The notes beneath the pieces are model-generated. The model had not been told where the DNA came from. It saw only the letters and a list, made by a program, of their open reading frames with translations, and did not search any database. Shown piece by piece: positions 1-10,393 of a DNA stretch of 64,000 bases. A program made the position numbers and the translations under genes. This DNA comes from an uncultured Flavobacteriales bacterium (lineage in GTDB: Bacteria > Bacteroidota > Bacteroidia > Flavobacteriales_G > NORP312): contig CAJQPE010000025.1 in the NCBI GenBank assembly GCA_905480125.1, forward strand, positions 3,949 through 67,948. Direction: 5' to 3'. Each line of letters opens with the position of its first letter. The stretch's first letter is position 1.

Positions 1-326
1 GTATAACTCGAGCCATTATAATTAATTGCATTTACAAATAAGGCCGGAACAGAACTTACACTATAAACATTCTTTCTTGCACTGCCTTCGTTAGTGTAGT
101 ATGGATCGCCTGTACCTGGCCAACTCATTTGATATTTAACAACTGCAAACTCTCCGTCATTTATTGGATCTTGAAATATGGGAGTTAAGTTGTCATTAGC
201 CGGAGCGCATGGCGGACAAGTAGAAGAGGTAAATAACTCATAAAAAGGAAGTTTAGGTACGGCCGTTTGCGCAAAAATAGAATTGGAGATAGCAACAATT
301 CCAATCAGAAATACATACTTTTTCAT
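1..326 (-). CDS. Secreted CxxC (thioredoxin-fold-like) protein, 3' part cut by the window edge
   Basis: Seen: own minus-strand translation from ATG 326-324 gives MKKYVFLIGIVAISNSIFAQ (signal peptide), then ...YELFTSSTCPPCAPAN...WPGTGDPYYTNEG..., open to position 1. It is absent from the ORF track because it has no stop in the window. Inference: function guessed from the CPPC motif only. Confidence 0.6.
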   Translation of the reverse strand, partial: MKKYVFLIGIVAISNSIFAQTAVPKLPFYELFTSSTCPPCAPANDNLTPIFQDPINDGEFAVVKYQMSWPGTGDPYYTNEGSARKNVYSVSSVPALFVNAINYNGSSY

Positions 327-403
327 TATCGTTGGGTTTTGCAACTAAAGTAAGAATTTAAACCTAATTCATCTAATGTAAATATCGTTTAAGATTATAA
401 CTC

Positions 404-2491
404 CTAAAGCCTTACTCCCATGATACAAACATCATCAACTTGCTGATAATCTCCCATCCAGCTAGTGAAATGATTTTCCAATTCTTTTTTGTGAAATCCA
501 ATCGGCCTTTCTTGTAGTGAAATTAGTAGCTTTTTGAACGATTTATATTTAAATTTCTTGCCTGCTTCTCCTCCAAATTGATCTGCGAACCCATCACTAA
601 ACAAGTAAAATATATCACCTTTTCCAAGTTGAACTTGGTTGTTTTGAAAAGGCTGGGCATACTCAAAATAACCAATAGGCTGCCGATCTCCCTTAATTTC
701 AATAATTTCTTGCTCTCCAGATTTTAAGACCCAAAGTGGATTGTTAGCCCCTGCCCACTCCGCTTTCAATGTCTTTAAATCGATTCTTATGAGAGAAATA
801 TCCATCCCGTCTTTGCTTTCTCCCTCGCCACCAAACTGGCTCAATTCCTGAGTGATTTTGTCTCGCAAACGATCCAATATTTCCGCGGGAGACAAAAGCT
901 CCATTCCTTGATTAATTTCATTCAAAAAAGAACTACCTAACATGGTAAGCATGGCCCCAGGAACACCATGACCTGTGCAATCAGCAACTGCGACATACCA
1001 ATAATTTTCTTTCTTTAATGCCCAATAGAAATCTCCACTCAAGATATCTTTTGGTTTGAAAAAGATAAAATGTTCTGGGTGGTTATTTGAAATATTTTCT
1101 TCCGATTTCAACAATGCGTGTTGAATTCTCTGAGCATAATGTATGCTATCTATAATTTCTTTGTTCTTTTCGTCTACAATACTTTTTTGATTTGCTAACT
1201 CTTCGTTTTTCTCTTCTATCAGCAGTTTTTGCCTATTAGTAATTTTTAAGCGATTATAGATTACATATGAAAACACTATCACAATTAATAAACCCGCAAT
1301 AGAAAAATAGTTGACAAGTTGGTGTCTTTTTTGCTTTGCATCTGCCACCAAAAGCTGTTTGTCGTGTTCAGCTGCAGCAATAGCATTTTGTTTTTCAAAC
1401 TGATATTGCAATTGTTGTTTTTCTGTTTTTCTTTCAGTTTCAATATTCTTTAAACTGTCTCTCATCGAAATAAACAATTGCTGCATCTCTAGAGCCTCCT
1501 TCCAGTTTTCTTGTTCGAGATTAATTCGAAATAACAATTCAGCTGCATTTTTCACAGAAGACGGTTGGCCCATTTTTTGGCCAATAGCCAAAGCCGAGTC
1601 CCCGTATAATTTCGCATTAGATATGTCCCCTTCTTGCAACAATAACACTCCAATATTGTCCTGAACTAATGAAATTCCACTTTGCAAGTCTACCTTGCGA
1701 AACAAACTCAAAGCCGCGATAAACTGCTCAAGCGATTCTTGTGGCCGTTCTGTCTTCATATATATATAACCTAAATTACTAAGTGAGTTCGCTGCTCCCT
1801 TTAAGTTGTTAATTTCAAAATCAAGTTCATAACTTCTTTCGAAATACTCCTCTGCCTCATCTATCGCTCCATTGTTAAAATAGATTCCAGCTATATTGTT
1901 TAACGAAAGAGAAATGCCCCTCTTATCTCCAATCTCCTCGTTAATTTTCAATCCTTGGTTAAAGTTATCTAGGGCCTCATCGGTCATTCCTTGATCCATG
2001 TATATAGAACCAATATTATTCAAGGAGGTAGCAACACCTTTATCGTTGCCAATACTTTCATCTATTTTTAAACTTTGTTCGTAATAATCCAAAGCAAGAG
2101 GGATATCTCCAAACTCTTTAAAATAATAACCTTCATTATTCAAAGCCTCTGCAAGAATACTTTTGAGCTTGACAATCAGTTTATCATTATCCGCTGCGGA
2201 ATTTAAAAGCTGTTTTTTTACCAATTCTAACACTAACCTATTATACTTTGGCCATACGTTGTCATTCCAACACGCTTCAACAAGCTGGATCAAAATATCG
2301 AGCTTAACAGTATCTATTGTCGCCTTATGATAGTTAGTAATATTAGTGTCTAACAATAGCCGGTCAGCCTTAGTTAGCTCAGAAAGTTCTAACCCAGTAA
2401 TTAAATACCTTGTAGAGTCTGCATATTGTGCGTTTAAATTATGTACGAACAAAATAAAAATCAGGAGCAATATTTTTTTTATGACCACCAT
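404..2491 (-). CDS. TPR-repeat / SpoIIE (PP2C-type) protein phosphatase, single-pass membrane protein
   Basis: Seen: signal peptide MVVIKKILLLIFILFVHNLNAQ; about 7 TPR-like units (ALNNIGSIYMDQG, SLNNIAGIYFNNG, SLSNLGYIYMKTE); a coiled-coil; a TM helix LVNYFSIAGLLIVIVFSYVIY; then GDFYWA...VAVADCTGHGVPGAMLTMLG...FSDGFADQFGG. Known: the last block is the PPM/SpoIIE phosphatase signature. Confidence 0.9.
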   Translation of the reverse strand: MVVIKKILLLIFILFVHNLNAQYADSTRYLITGLELSELTKADRLLLDTNITNYHKATIDTVKLDILIQLVEACWNDNVWPKYNRLVLELVKKQLLNSAADNDKLIVKLKSILAEALNNEGYYFKEFGDIPLALDYYEQSLKIDESIGNDKGVATSLNNIGSIYMDQGMTDEALDNFNQGLKINEEIGDKRGISLSLNNIAGIYFNNGAIDEAEEYFERSYELDFEINNLKGAANSLSNLGYIYMKTERPQESLEQFIAALSLFRKVDLQSGISLVQDNIGVLLLQEGDISNAKLYGDSALAIGQKMGQPSSVKNAAELLFRINLEQENWKEALEMQQLFISMRDSLKNIETERKTEKQQLQYQFEKQNAIAAAEHDKQLLVADAKQKRHQLVNYFSIAGLLIVIVFSYVIYNRLKITNRQKLLIEEKNEELANQKSIVDEKNKEIIDSIHYAQRIQHALLKSEENISNNHPEHFIFFKPKDILSGDFYWALKKENYWYVAVADCTGHGVPGAMLTMLGSSFLNEINQGMELLSPAEILDRLRDKITQELSQFGGEGESKDGMDISLIRIDLKTLKAEWAGANNPLWVLKSGEQEIIEIKGDRQPIGYFEYAQPFQNNQVQLGKGDIFYLFSDGFADQFGGEAGKKFKYKSFKKLLISLQERPIGFHKKELENHFTSWMGDYQQVDDVCIMGVRL

Positions 2492-3784
2492 TTATAAAGC
2501 CGCACTTAAAATATTGCCAAAATGATATACATCTTCAAAAGAATTATACAATGGAACTGGGGCTAATCGAATTACATTCGGCTCGCGCCAATCAGCAATT
2601 ACTCCTTCTTTCATTAAGTGATCAAATATTGGCCTTCCGTAACCGTTTGCCACAATAGATACTTGACATCCACGCTCATTCCATGATCTTGGGGTGATAT
2701 TCTCTAATCCTTTGACTTTGGGATTAGTAAATCCTTTTTGGGTATTAATATCTTCAACGACAAATTCCAAATACCCTGAAAGTTGTTTTTGTTTTTTCAG
2801 CAAAGCTGCCATTCCTACTTCATCGAAAATATCAACTGACGCTTTATGAGCTGCCATGGTTAACACGGGGGCATTACTCATTTGCCAAGCTTCGGCTGTT
2901 TTCATTGGCTTAAAGCCTTTTTCCATTAAAAATCGAGTTTCTTTCTCATGACCCCACCAACCAGCGAAACGGGGTAACTCAACATTATTACAATGCTGTT
3001 CGTTGACATAAATTCCAGATACACCCCCTGGACCAGAATTCATGTATTTATAAGAGCACCAGCAAGCAAAATCAACATTCCATTGATTTAAATCGAGCTT
3101 AATATTACCGGCAGCATGGGCTAAATCGAATCCCACGTTTGCTCCAACCTTATGTCCTGCAAGGGTTATAGTTTGCATATCAAAAACTTGACCAGTGAAA
3201 TAATTAACTCCTCCAAACATAACAAGAGCAAGAGAATCCCCTGCTTCCTCAATTGCTGTGTATATATCTTCATGGTTAATTGTATGTTCCCCTTCTCGCG
3301 GAGCAATCTCAACTATTGCAGCTTCTGGATTAAATCCTGCACATTTTACCTGCATCTCCAAGGCATATTGGTCAGACGGAAACGCTTTTGCTTCGCAAAT
3401 AATCTTATACCTTTCCTTTGTTGGACGATAAAACGAAACCATTAATAGATTTAGATTTACGGTAAGATTATTCATTACAACAACTTCCTTCGGTTTTGCT
3501 CCAACAATTTTAGAAATAGGTTCGGCAAATATTTCGTGGTAGTGCATCCAAGGATGCTTTCCTTTAAAATGACCTTCTACTCCCCAATTCGCCCATTCAT
3601 CGAGCTCTACTCCGATATATGCTTTTGTCTTTTTCGGTTGAAGACCGAGTGAATTTCCTGTAAAGTATTTCACCTCTTTTCCCTCGATAACAGGAATATA
3701 AAACTCACTTCGCCAATTTGCCAAAGGATCTATACTATCCATTTCTTGAGCAAACGCTATGGTATTATGGTAATTTCTAGTCAT
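2492..3784 (-). CDS. kynU: Kynureninase
   Basis: Seen: ...WCSYKYMNSGPGGVSGIYVNE..., FAGWWGH and an N-terminus MTRNYHNTIAFAQEMDSIDPL typical of kynureninases (known family pattern). I moved the start from the ORF-track 3826 to ATG 3784. The longer form adds 14 non-conserved aa and shares a CATG with the hemL start. Confidence 0.9.
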   Translation of the reverse strand: MTRNYHNTIAFAQEMDSIDPLANWRSEFYIPVIEGKEVKYFTGNSLGLQPKKTKAYIGVELDEWANWGVEGHFKGKHPWMHYHEIFAEPISKIVGAKPKEVVVMNNLTVNLNLLMVSFYRPTKERYKIICEAKAFPSDQYALEMQVKCAGFNPEAAIVEIAPREGEHTINHEDIYTAIEEAGDSLALVMFGGVNYFTGQVFDMQTITLAGHKVGANVGFDLAHAAGNIKLDLNQWNVDFACWCSYKYMNSGPGGVSGIYVNEQHCNNVELPRFAGWWGHEKETRFLMEKGFKPMKTAEAWQMSNAPVLTMAAHKASVDIFDEVGMAALLKKQKQLSGYLEFVVEDINTQKGFTNPKVKGLENITPRSWNERGCQVSIVANGYGRPIFDHLMKEGVIADWREPNVIRLAPVPLYNSFEDVYHFGNILSAAL

Positions 3785-3824
3785 TTTATCTATTTTCGCG
3801 ATCGAACCAAAAGTAGGACAAAAC

Positions 3825-5117
3825 ATGAACCGAACAAAGTCTAATGAACTGTATCGAAAAGCAGTAAAATTGTTCCCGGGAGGTGTGAATTCTCCAGTTA
3901 GAGCTTTTCAGTCTGTTCAAGGAAATCCAGTATTTATTGAAAAAGGATACGGAAGTAAAATAACCGATGTTGATAATAACGATTATATAGATTATTGCTG
4001 CTCATGGGGTCCGATAATTTTAGGACATGCTAATCCTATTATTGTTTCTGCGGTGAAAACTGCAATCGACAAAGGAATGAGTTTTGGTGCGCCAACAGCC
4101 TATGAAAATGAGCTAGCGCAGTTGATCCTTGACAATCACTCATACATAGAAAAAATACGTTTTGTAAGCTCAGGAACAGAGGCAGTGATGTCAGCTATTA
4201 GGCTTGCGCGTGGTGCAACAGGCAAAAACAAAATCATAAAATTTGACGGTTGTTATCACGGTCATGCGGATCATTTATTAGTTAATGCTGGATCAGGGTT
4301 AGCTACATTCGGCACATCTTCATCTGCTGGTGTTCCCGAAGCCTTTGCGAATGAAACAATTGTGCTTCCGCTTAACAACAAAGAAGTTGTAAAGAAAGCT
4401 TTCGATAATTACGAAAACGATATCGCATGCATAATTATTGAACCTTTACCAGCAAATAACGGACTACTCATTCAAGACAAAGATTACTTAGATTTTTTGC
4501 GAGAAATTACAGCAGTAAATGATTCCCTGCTGATTTTTGATGAGGTAATTAATGGTTTTAGAATTGGTTTTGAAGGCGCAGCAGGACTTTATAATATTCA
4601 ACCTGATATACTTACTTATGGAAAGATTATCGGTGGTGGAATGCCTGTTGGAGCCTATGGTGCAAGTGCAGAAATAATGAGCAACATTGCGCCAGAAGGG
4701 GGAGTCTATCAAGCTGGAACGCTATCTGGTAACCCAGTGGCCATGGCTGCAGGAATTGCTCAACTAAAAGAGTGCCTAAAATCAGGATTCTATGAAGCTT
4801 TAGAAGAAAAGACTGAATATTTAACTTCTAGAATTGAATCATATGCAATAGAAAAAGGATATGAATTTCGTTTTCAAAAAATTGCTTCTATTTTTTGGAT
4901 TTCTTTTAGCTATAATCAAGACATTAAAACCGCTGATGGCATTGATGCTTCAAGTATGGATAAATTCAGCATTCTACACAGTGAATTATTAGAAAGAGGT
5001 ATTTATATTGGTCCTTCTGGTTACGAAGTTTCGTTTTTGTCTTCAGCTCATTCAAAGGGAGATTTAGACCATACAATTCAAGCTTTTAAAGAAAGTTTAG
5101 ACATTCTTTTTGCGTGA
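3825..5117 (+). CDS. hemL: Glutamate-1-semialdehyde 2,1-aminomutase
   Basis: Seen: FPGGVNSPVRAF, SGTEAVMSAIRLARG, DEVINGFR, GTLSGNPVAMAAG; 430 aa. Known: hallmark HemL class-III aminotransferase motifs. Confidence 0.95.
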   Translation: MNRTKSNELYRKAVKLFPGGVNSPVRAFQSVQGNPVFIEKGYGSKITDVDNNDYIDYCCSWGPIILGHANPIIVSAVKTAIDKGMSFGAPTAYENELAQLILDNHSYIEKIRFVSSGTEAVMSAIRLARGATGKNKIIKFDGCYHGHADHLLVNAGSGLATFGTSSSAGVPEAFANETIVLPLNNKEVVKKAFDNYENDIACIIIEPLPANNGLLIQDKDYLDFLREITAVNDSLLIFDEVINGFRIGFEGAAGLYNIQPDILTYGKIIGGGMPVGAYGASAEIMSNIAPEGGVYQAGTLSGNPVAMAAGIAQLKECLKSGFYEALEEKTEYLTSRIESYAIEKGYEFRFQKIASIFWISFSYNQDIKTADGIDASSMDKFSILHSELLERGIYIGPSGYEVSFLSSAHSKGDLDHTIQAFKESLDILFA

Positions 5118-5758
5118 ATGAACCACGATTAATAAAAGGTTTCGATTTTCTAGCTCCGTTTTATGATGTTTTGGTTAAACTATTTTTTGGCCATTCAATA
5201 TTAAAAGCCCAAACTCATTTTCTTTCGGAAATAAAAAATGCAAAAACCGTCCTTATATTCGGAGGAGGCACAGGTCGACTATTGTTAGAATGTCTTAAAA
5301 TAAATAACAAAGCGAATTATTGTTATGTCGATATTTCTCCCAAAATGATTAAACAGACAAAACAAAAAACCAGTCACACTAACGTCAAATTTATTATTGG
5401 CAGCTATAATGAGATTCCTAAACAATATTTTGACATCATCATCACGCCTTTTATATTAGATTGCTTTCGCCATAATGAATTAGCAGATCAAGTTGTTTCA
5501 ATGTTGAAAATAAGATTAGCTCCAAATGGAAAATGGTTGTTTAGCGATTTTAACTACTCTAAAAAGTCAACTGTAGCAAACATATTTTCAAGGATTACTA
5601 TTCGTTTTCTATACTTTATATTCAACTTAATATGTGGACTAGAGATTATAAAACTGCCGGATTTTAAACAAGCTTTTAAGCAAAATAGTTTAATTCGAAC
5701 AAAACATCAAGAATTCCGGAATGAACTCCTTGCCTCTTCTGTCTATTGCAATAGATAA
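5114..5758 (+). CDS. Class I SAM-dependent methyltransferase
   Basis: Seen: glycine-rich motif I VLIFGGGTGRLL followed by YVDISPKM. The GTG start overlaps the hemL stop (GTGA). Substrate unknown. Confidence 0.8.
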   Translation: MNEPRLIKGFDFLAPFYDVLVKLFFGHSILKAQTHFLSEIKNAKTVLIFGGGTGRLLLECLKINNKANYCYVDISPKMIKQTKQKTSHTNVKFIIGSYNEIPKQYFDIIITPFILDCFRHNELADQVVSMLKIRLAPNGKWLFSDFNYSKKSTVANIFSRITIRFLYFIFNLICGLEIIKLPDFKQAFKQNSLIRTKHQEFRNELLASSVYCNR

Positions 5759-6555
5759 ATCAAAATGAGCTGCACGATCATCATCCCCTCAATAGCAAGT
5801 GAAAAGAAGTATTCATTTCTGCTAGAAGTTGCAAACCAAACTGCTATTGAAGCCACTAATGAGCTAATCAAAAATGTAATTCCGTTTGGTAAAAAATACC
5901 ACGCTAATAGGCCGCTTAAAAACAATAGCGCAACTGCCAATTGAATCGCTTTTCGTTCTCCCAGAATGAGAGGTATTGTTTTCAATCCAGGTTTATCAAT
6001 TTTCAAATCTCTAACATCAAAAGGAATTGTTATTCCTAACAAAAACAGCGATTGAATAATAAACAATAGAAATATTTTTCTGCAGGAAACTTCTGCCACT
6101 ATTCCGGGCAAAACAACCACTACAACTGACACAACAATGGAAATCAAATAAATTTTTATCGAAGGCACATCCCTTAGCCGTCTATTAAAAAAAAAGGAAG
6201 TGCTATACCCTATTGATATTACTCCGCAAGGAATCAATAAAATCAACGCCTTAATAGGTATTTTAAAAACCATTGCCGTTGAGATAATTCCAGCCATGAT
6301 TGTAATCCACATCAATGACCACTTATTCGCTAACGACCATTTTTGACGAAAAATTATTTTGTCAGCTGTCAGTGAGCTCAATCCCCAAACCTGATGAAAT
6401 GCATAAAGCGATAATGTGGAAAAATAAGTAAATCCAACTATCCACCAATCAATAAAACATCCATATACTTTGAAAGACATTATTGACAAACACGTTACAC
6501 ATAACGCAACATAAATCTTACTAAAGATGAAAAAATTAAGTACTTTTTTGAACAC
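5743..6555 (-). CDS. Polytopic membrane protein, UbiA-prenyltransferase-like (putative)
   Basis: Seen: about 8 hydrophobic helices. FDVRDLKIDKPGLKTIPLILGERKA resembles the second Asp-rich motif of UbiA-family enzymes (compare E. coli UbiA DRDDDVKIGIKSTAILFG, from memory). I could not find the first NDxxDxxxD motif. GTG start lies 3 nt after the upstream stop. Family assignment is inference. Confidence 0.6.
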   Translation of the reverse strand: MFKKVLNFFIFSKIYVALCVTCLSIMSFKVYGCFIDWWIVGFTYFSTLSLYAFHQVWGLSSLTADKIIFRQKWSLANKWSLMWITIMAGIISTAMVFKIPIKALILLIPCGVISIGYSTSFFFNRRLRDVPSIKIYLISIVVSVVVVVLPGIVAEVSCRKIFLLFIIQSLFLLGITIPFDVRDLKIDKPGLKTIPLILGERKAIQLAVALLFLSGLLAWYFLPNGITFLISSLVASIAVWFATSSRNEYFFSLAIEGMMIVQLILIYLLQ

Positions 6556-6558
6556 AAA

Positions 6559-7167
6559 CTAGTTAGTAAGCAACGCAATAGTTACCCCTATAACAGCTCC
6601 CCCTAGTGCCGATACCATTCCTCTACCCAGTCGTTTCGATCTTATCACTCTCTTGTAGCCTTCTAAGAAATATTTTTCTTTTAACAATTCTTTATCTACA
6701 ACATCTTCCGGATTTATCTTCTTTGGTGGAGGAATCAATGTTGTAAATCCAAAAGCGATCACAGCGGGTGCAACAAAAATACTGGATCCTTTTATTAACA
6801 ATCCAGATAAAGCACCTGTTAAAACACCATAAATTACTGTCCCCGTGCCATTAAAATGTTCAAAGGCGTAACGCTCTCCAGCCACAAAAGCACCCATTTG
6901 TTTAACTGTGTAATTCCGTCCTGCAATTGAATCTCTCTTATAAATAACCTCAGAATTACCATTAGCGTAGTCTAAGGAATATATTCTGTAGTGATCTAAT
7001 ACAACTACTTGGGGCTTTCCTTTCTTTGTGTATTGATAATTAACTCCCGAAGTATCAGAAGACAATATTTTGCCTTGTAATACCTTTCCACTAAGCAGCA
7101 TAATTTTGTCTTGAGATACCCCGACAAAAGATGCGAAAACTGCTAAAAAAACTAATATTAATTTCAT
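6559..7167 (-). CDS. Hypothetical secreted/membrane protein
   Basis: Seen: ATG at 7167 gives MKLILVFLAVFASFVGVSQ (signal peptide), preferred over the ORF-track TTG at 7188. The C-terminal half has Gly-rich hydrophobic helices (VIYGVLTGALSGLLIKG, ALGGAVIGVTIALL). No family recognised. Confidence 0.7.
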   Translation of the reverse strand: MKLILVFLAVFASFVGVSQDKIMLLSGKVLQGKILSSDTSGVNYQYTKKGKPQVVVLDHYRIYSLDYANGNSEVIYKRDSIAGRNYTVKQMGAFVAGERYAFEHFNGTGTVIYGVLTGALSGLLIKGSSIFVAPAVIAFGFTTLIPPPKKINPEDVVDKELLKEKYFLEGYKRVIRSKRLGRGMVSALGGAVIGVTIALLTN

Positions 7168-7270
7168 TTTAATTGCTTTAATTGTCAAAGATACAATCTT
7201 TGCCTCTACCGCTTCAATATTGTGACAATTTCATGACATAATTCAATGCTCTTAACTCAAAAAGAGTATT

Positions 7271-7278
7271 TATATTTG
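7271..7278 (+). promoter_or_regulatory. Candidate Bacteroidota -7 promoter box (TATATTTG) for gcvP
   Basis: Seen: TATATTTG 20 nt upstream of the gcvP ATG. Known: Bacteroidota sigma-A -7 consensus TAnnTTTG. No clear -33 TTTG element seen. Confidence 0.35.
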
Positions 7279-7297
7279 TAATTATTAATTTTAACCT

Positions 7298-10147
7298 ATG
7301 AGTGATAAATTTATAACACGGCACAACGGTCCAAGCAAAGAAGATGTTGCAGAAATGTTGAAAACTGTAGGAGTCGATTCCATTGAGACGTTAATTGATC
7401 AAACTATTCCCAGTAATATAAGATTAAGAAACGATTTGAATATTGGAAAGCCGATGTCAGAATTTGAATACGCTGCTCATATAAACAGCCTAGGGGCGAA
7501 AAATAAAGTATTCAAATCATATATTGGTTTAGGGTATTACAACACGATTATTCCTCCTGTAGTTCAAAGAAATATATTGGAAAATCCAGGTTGGTATACT
7601 GCATATACTCCCTATCAAGCAGAAATTTCACAAGGAAGGCTAGAGGCGCTATTAAATTTCCAGACTATGGTAAGCGATCTTACTGGGATGGAATTAGCAA
7701 ATGCTTCATTATTAGATGAATCTACTGCTGCTGCAGAAGCTATGATTATGTTTTACAACACTAGAAGTAGGGTGGAACAGAAGGAAGGAAGGAATAAATT
7801 TTTTGTTGCTGAAGACACTTTCCCGCAAACCATTGATGTGCTTAAAACAAGGGCAATTCCTTTAGATATTGAATTGGTAATTGCCCCACTTGAAAATATA
7901 AATTTTGATGATAATTATTTCGGAATATTATTACAATACCCTAATATAAATGGGGCTGTTTCTGACCACAGCTCACTTACCGCTAAGGCCAATGAGAACA
8001 ATTGTAAAGTTGCTGTTGCCGCAGATTTATTGAGCCTTTCTCTATTAAAACCACCTGGAGAATGGGGTGCTGATGTAGTTGTTGGAAATACACAGCGTTT
8101 TGGTGTCCCTCTTGGTTATGGTGGACCACATGCAGCTTATTTTGCTACTAAAGAAGATTTCAAACGCAATATACCGGGCAGAATTATTGGTGTTTCTGTT
8201 GATAGAGATGGTAATCCTGCTATGCGAATGGCATTACAAACCCGCGAACAACACATTAGAAGAGATAAAGCCACTTCAAACATTTGTACAGCGCAAGCTC
8301 TTTTGGCAATTATGGCAGGAATGTATGCCACGTATCATGGTCCAGCTGGCATAAAAGACATTGCTGAAGAAATTCACAAAAAAACCACAGCGTTGGCTAA
8401 CAGTTTATCAAAAAATGGATTCACTCAGCTAAACAAAAATTTCTTTGATACAATAACTATTGAAACTGAAAAAGCACATTCAATTCATGAAGCCGGTATT
8501 GAAGCTGAAATAAATCTTAGAATAAATGGAAATAATATTAGTATTAGTATCGACCAAACCACTACCATTAAAGATCTTAATGATATATTGGCTGTTTTCG
8601 GAGTCACAGAAGGTATAACTACTTATAATATCTCTTCGATTGATAATGAAGTTATACGAACTTCTGAGTTCTTAACGCATAGTGTTTTCAATAGCTATCA
8701 TTCAGAAACTGAAATGATGCGCTATATTAAAAGACTAGAAAATAAAGACATTTCGCTAACACATTCGATGATTTCATTGGGCTCATGTACTATGAAATTA
8801 AATGCTGCAGCAGAGCTTTATCCAATTACAAATCCGAATTTCGCTAACATCCACCCATTTGTTCCTAAAGAACAAGCGGAAGGATACATAGAGGTAATTA
8901 ATACTACTATTGAGTGGCTTTCTGAAATTACTGGATTTGACTCTGTATCAATGCAGCCAAATTCTGGAGCACAAGGGGAGTATGCCGGCTTGCTAGTTAT
9001 AAAAGCATTTCATGAGTACAACGGAGATAGTCATAGAAATATAGCGTTAATACCACAATCTGCTCATGGCACTAATCCGGCAAGTGCTGTAATGGCAGGA
9101 ATGAAAGTTGTCGTTGTTAAATGTGATGAAGATGGAAACATTAACCTAGCAGATCTTAACGAAAAAGCTGAAAAGCACAGCAATGAGCTTTCTTGTTTGA
9201 TGATAACATACCCTTCAACCCATGGTGTTTTTGAAGAATCTGTTATTGAAGTTACAGATATCATTCACAAACATGGTGGTCAAGTTTATATGGATGGTGC
9301 TAATATGAACGCTCAAGTTGGCTTAACGAATCCTGGTAATATTGGCGCAGATGTGTGTCATCTTAATCTGCACAAAACTTTTGCCATCCCTCACGGCGGA
9401 GGTGGGCCAGGAATGGGACCAATTGGTGTTGCAAAGCACCTTACTCCATTTCTGCCAACACATTCACTTATTGAAACTGGCGGGGAACATGGAATTCCTG
9501 CCGTTTCATCTGCGCCATTTGGCAGCGCGTTAATTATTCTAATATCATACGGGTATATGAGAATGCTAGGTACGGGACTTAAGGAAGTAACATCTATCGC
9601 GATCCTAAACGCCAACTATATGAAGGAAAAGTTGAAAAACCATTATGATATTTTATATACTGGAGACAACGGACGAGTTGCTCATGAGATGATTTTGGAT
9701 TGTAGAAGTTTCAAAAAAACAGCAAAAGTAGAAGTTGCTGATATTGCCAAAAGATTAATAGACTATGGGTTTCATGCACCTACAGTATCATTCCCAGTTG
9801 CTGGTACACTTATGGTTGAACCAACTGAAAGCGAATCAAAAGCAGAAATTGACCGCTTTTGTGACGCTATAATCTCTATTAAAAATGAAATCACAGAAAT
9901 TGAAAATGGCGCTGCTACAGATAAGGATAACGTACTGAAGAATGCACCGCATACTGCTGCTACAGTTACTTCCGACACATGGGATCACCCATATTCAAGG
10001 GCGAAAGCTGCATATCCTCTTTCTTGGCTGTATAATAGCAAGTTTTGGGTATCAGTTAGTCGAATTGACGATGCACACGGTGATAGAAATTTAATTTGTT
10101 CATGCCCTACAATATCTGAATACGAAAAAGATGCCGTGAACGCGTAA
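7298..10147 (+). CDS. gcvP: Glycine dehydrogenase (decarboxylating), glycine cleavage P protein
   Basis: Seen: 949 aa single-chain P protein with [27 protein letters not shown] and [24 protein letters not shown] (PLP-lysine region). Known: diagnostic GcvP motifs. Confidence 0.97.
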   Translation: MSDKFITRHNGPSKEDVAEMLKTVGVDSIETLIDQTIPSNIRLRNDLNIGKPMSEFEYAAHINSLGAKNKVFKSYIGLGYYNTIIPPVVQRNILENPGWYTAYTPYQAEISQGRLEALLNFQTMVSDLTGMELANASLLDESTAAAEAMIMFYNTRSRVEQKEGRNKFFVAEDTFPQTIDVLKTRAIPLDIELVIAPLENINFDDNYFGILLQYPNINGAVSDHSSLTAKANENNCKVAVAADLLSLSLLKPPGEWGADVVVGNTQRFGVPLGYGGPHAAYFATKEDFKRNIPGRIIGVSVDRDGNPAMRMALQTREQHIRRDKATSNICTAQALLAIMAGMYATYHGPAGIKDIAEEIHKKTTALANSLSKNGFTQLNKNFFDTITIETEKAHSIHEAGIEAEINLRINGNNISISIDQTTTIKDLNDILAVFGVTEGITTYNISSIDNEVIRTSEFLTHSVFNSYHSETEMMRYIKRLENKDISLTHSMISLGSCTMKLNAAAELYPITNPNFANIHPFVPKEQAEGYIEVINTTIEWLSEITGFDSVSMQPNSGAQGEYAGLLVIKAFHEYNGDSHRNIALIPQSAHGTNPASAVMAGMKVVVVKCDEDGNINLADLNEKAEKHSNELSCLMITYPSTHGVFEESVIEVTDIIHKHGGQVYMDGANMNAQVGLTNPGNIGADVCHLNLHKTFAIPHGGGGPGMGPIGVAKHLTPFLPTHSLIETGGEHGIPAVSSAPFGSALIILISYGYMRMLGTGLKEVTSIAILNANYMKEKLKNHYDILYTGDNGRVAHEMILDCRSFKKTAKVEVADIAKRLIDYGFHAPTVSFPVAGTLMVEPTESESKAEIDRFCDAIISIKNEITEIENGAATDKDNVLKNAPHTAATVTSDTWDHPYSRAKAAYPLSWLYNSKFWVSVSRIDDAHGDRNLICSCPTISEYEKDAVNA

Positions 10148-10175
10148 GTTTTTATTAAGAATAACCCTAATAATA

Positions 10176-10222
10176 AAGACATTCAAGTTAACCTGATGTC
10201 TTGAAAAGGTGGTTTTTTTTTA
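10176..10222 (+). terminator. Possible intrinsic terminator after gcvP
   Basis: Seen: 7-bp stem AAGACAT / ATGTCTT (10176-10182 / 10196-10202) with a T9 run at 10213-10221. The T run is about 10 nt from the stem, so the geometry is not canonical. Confidence 0.35.
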
Positions 10223-10329
10223 TTTTACAATAGAATTACTTATCTATATTAATTATGTTTGAAATATGCAAGACTTATTAACGTGTTCATGATGTATTAA
10301 TTGAAGCGCTATAAGTTGAGCAAATTTTA

Positions 10330-10337
10330 TACTTTTG
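10330..10337 (+). promoter_or_regulatory. Candidate -7 box (TACTTTTG) upstream of the 10394 ORF
   Basis: Seen: TACTTTTG about 57 nt upstream of ATG 10394. Known consensus TAnnTTTG. Motif match only. Confidence 0.3.
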
Positions 10338-10393
10338 CGTCCTTATTATTTTTTGACAACACGAAAACAATTAAATAACTTAATTAAACCATT

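Noticed and set aside
3152-3445. 97-aa plus-strand ORF inside kynU. Similar embedded ORFs lie inside hemL, gcvP, purD, the carboxyltransferase gene and others in the ORF track.
   Set aside because: Each lies antisense or out of frame within a gene carrying diagnostic motifs. None has a signal, domain pattern or independent support.
6187-6195. A9 homopolymer (T9 on the coding strand, encoding FFF) inside the UbiA-like gene, as a possible slipped-strand phase-variation site. A similar T8 tract starts at 18961.
   Set aside because: Tracts of this length are expected by chance in a genome this AT-rich. The frame is intact, and there is no contingency-locus context.
7189-7297. Looked for a glycine riboswitch upstream of gcvP.
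   Set aside because: The 109-bp leader is AT-rich and lacks the conserved GGAGAG...CACCG/ACCGAAGGGGCAA-type elements. Only a TAnnTTTG promoter box was seen.
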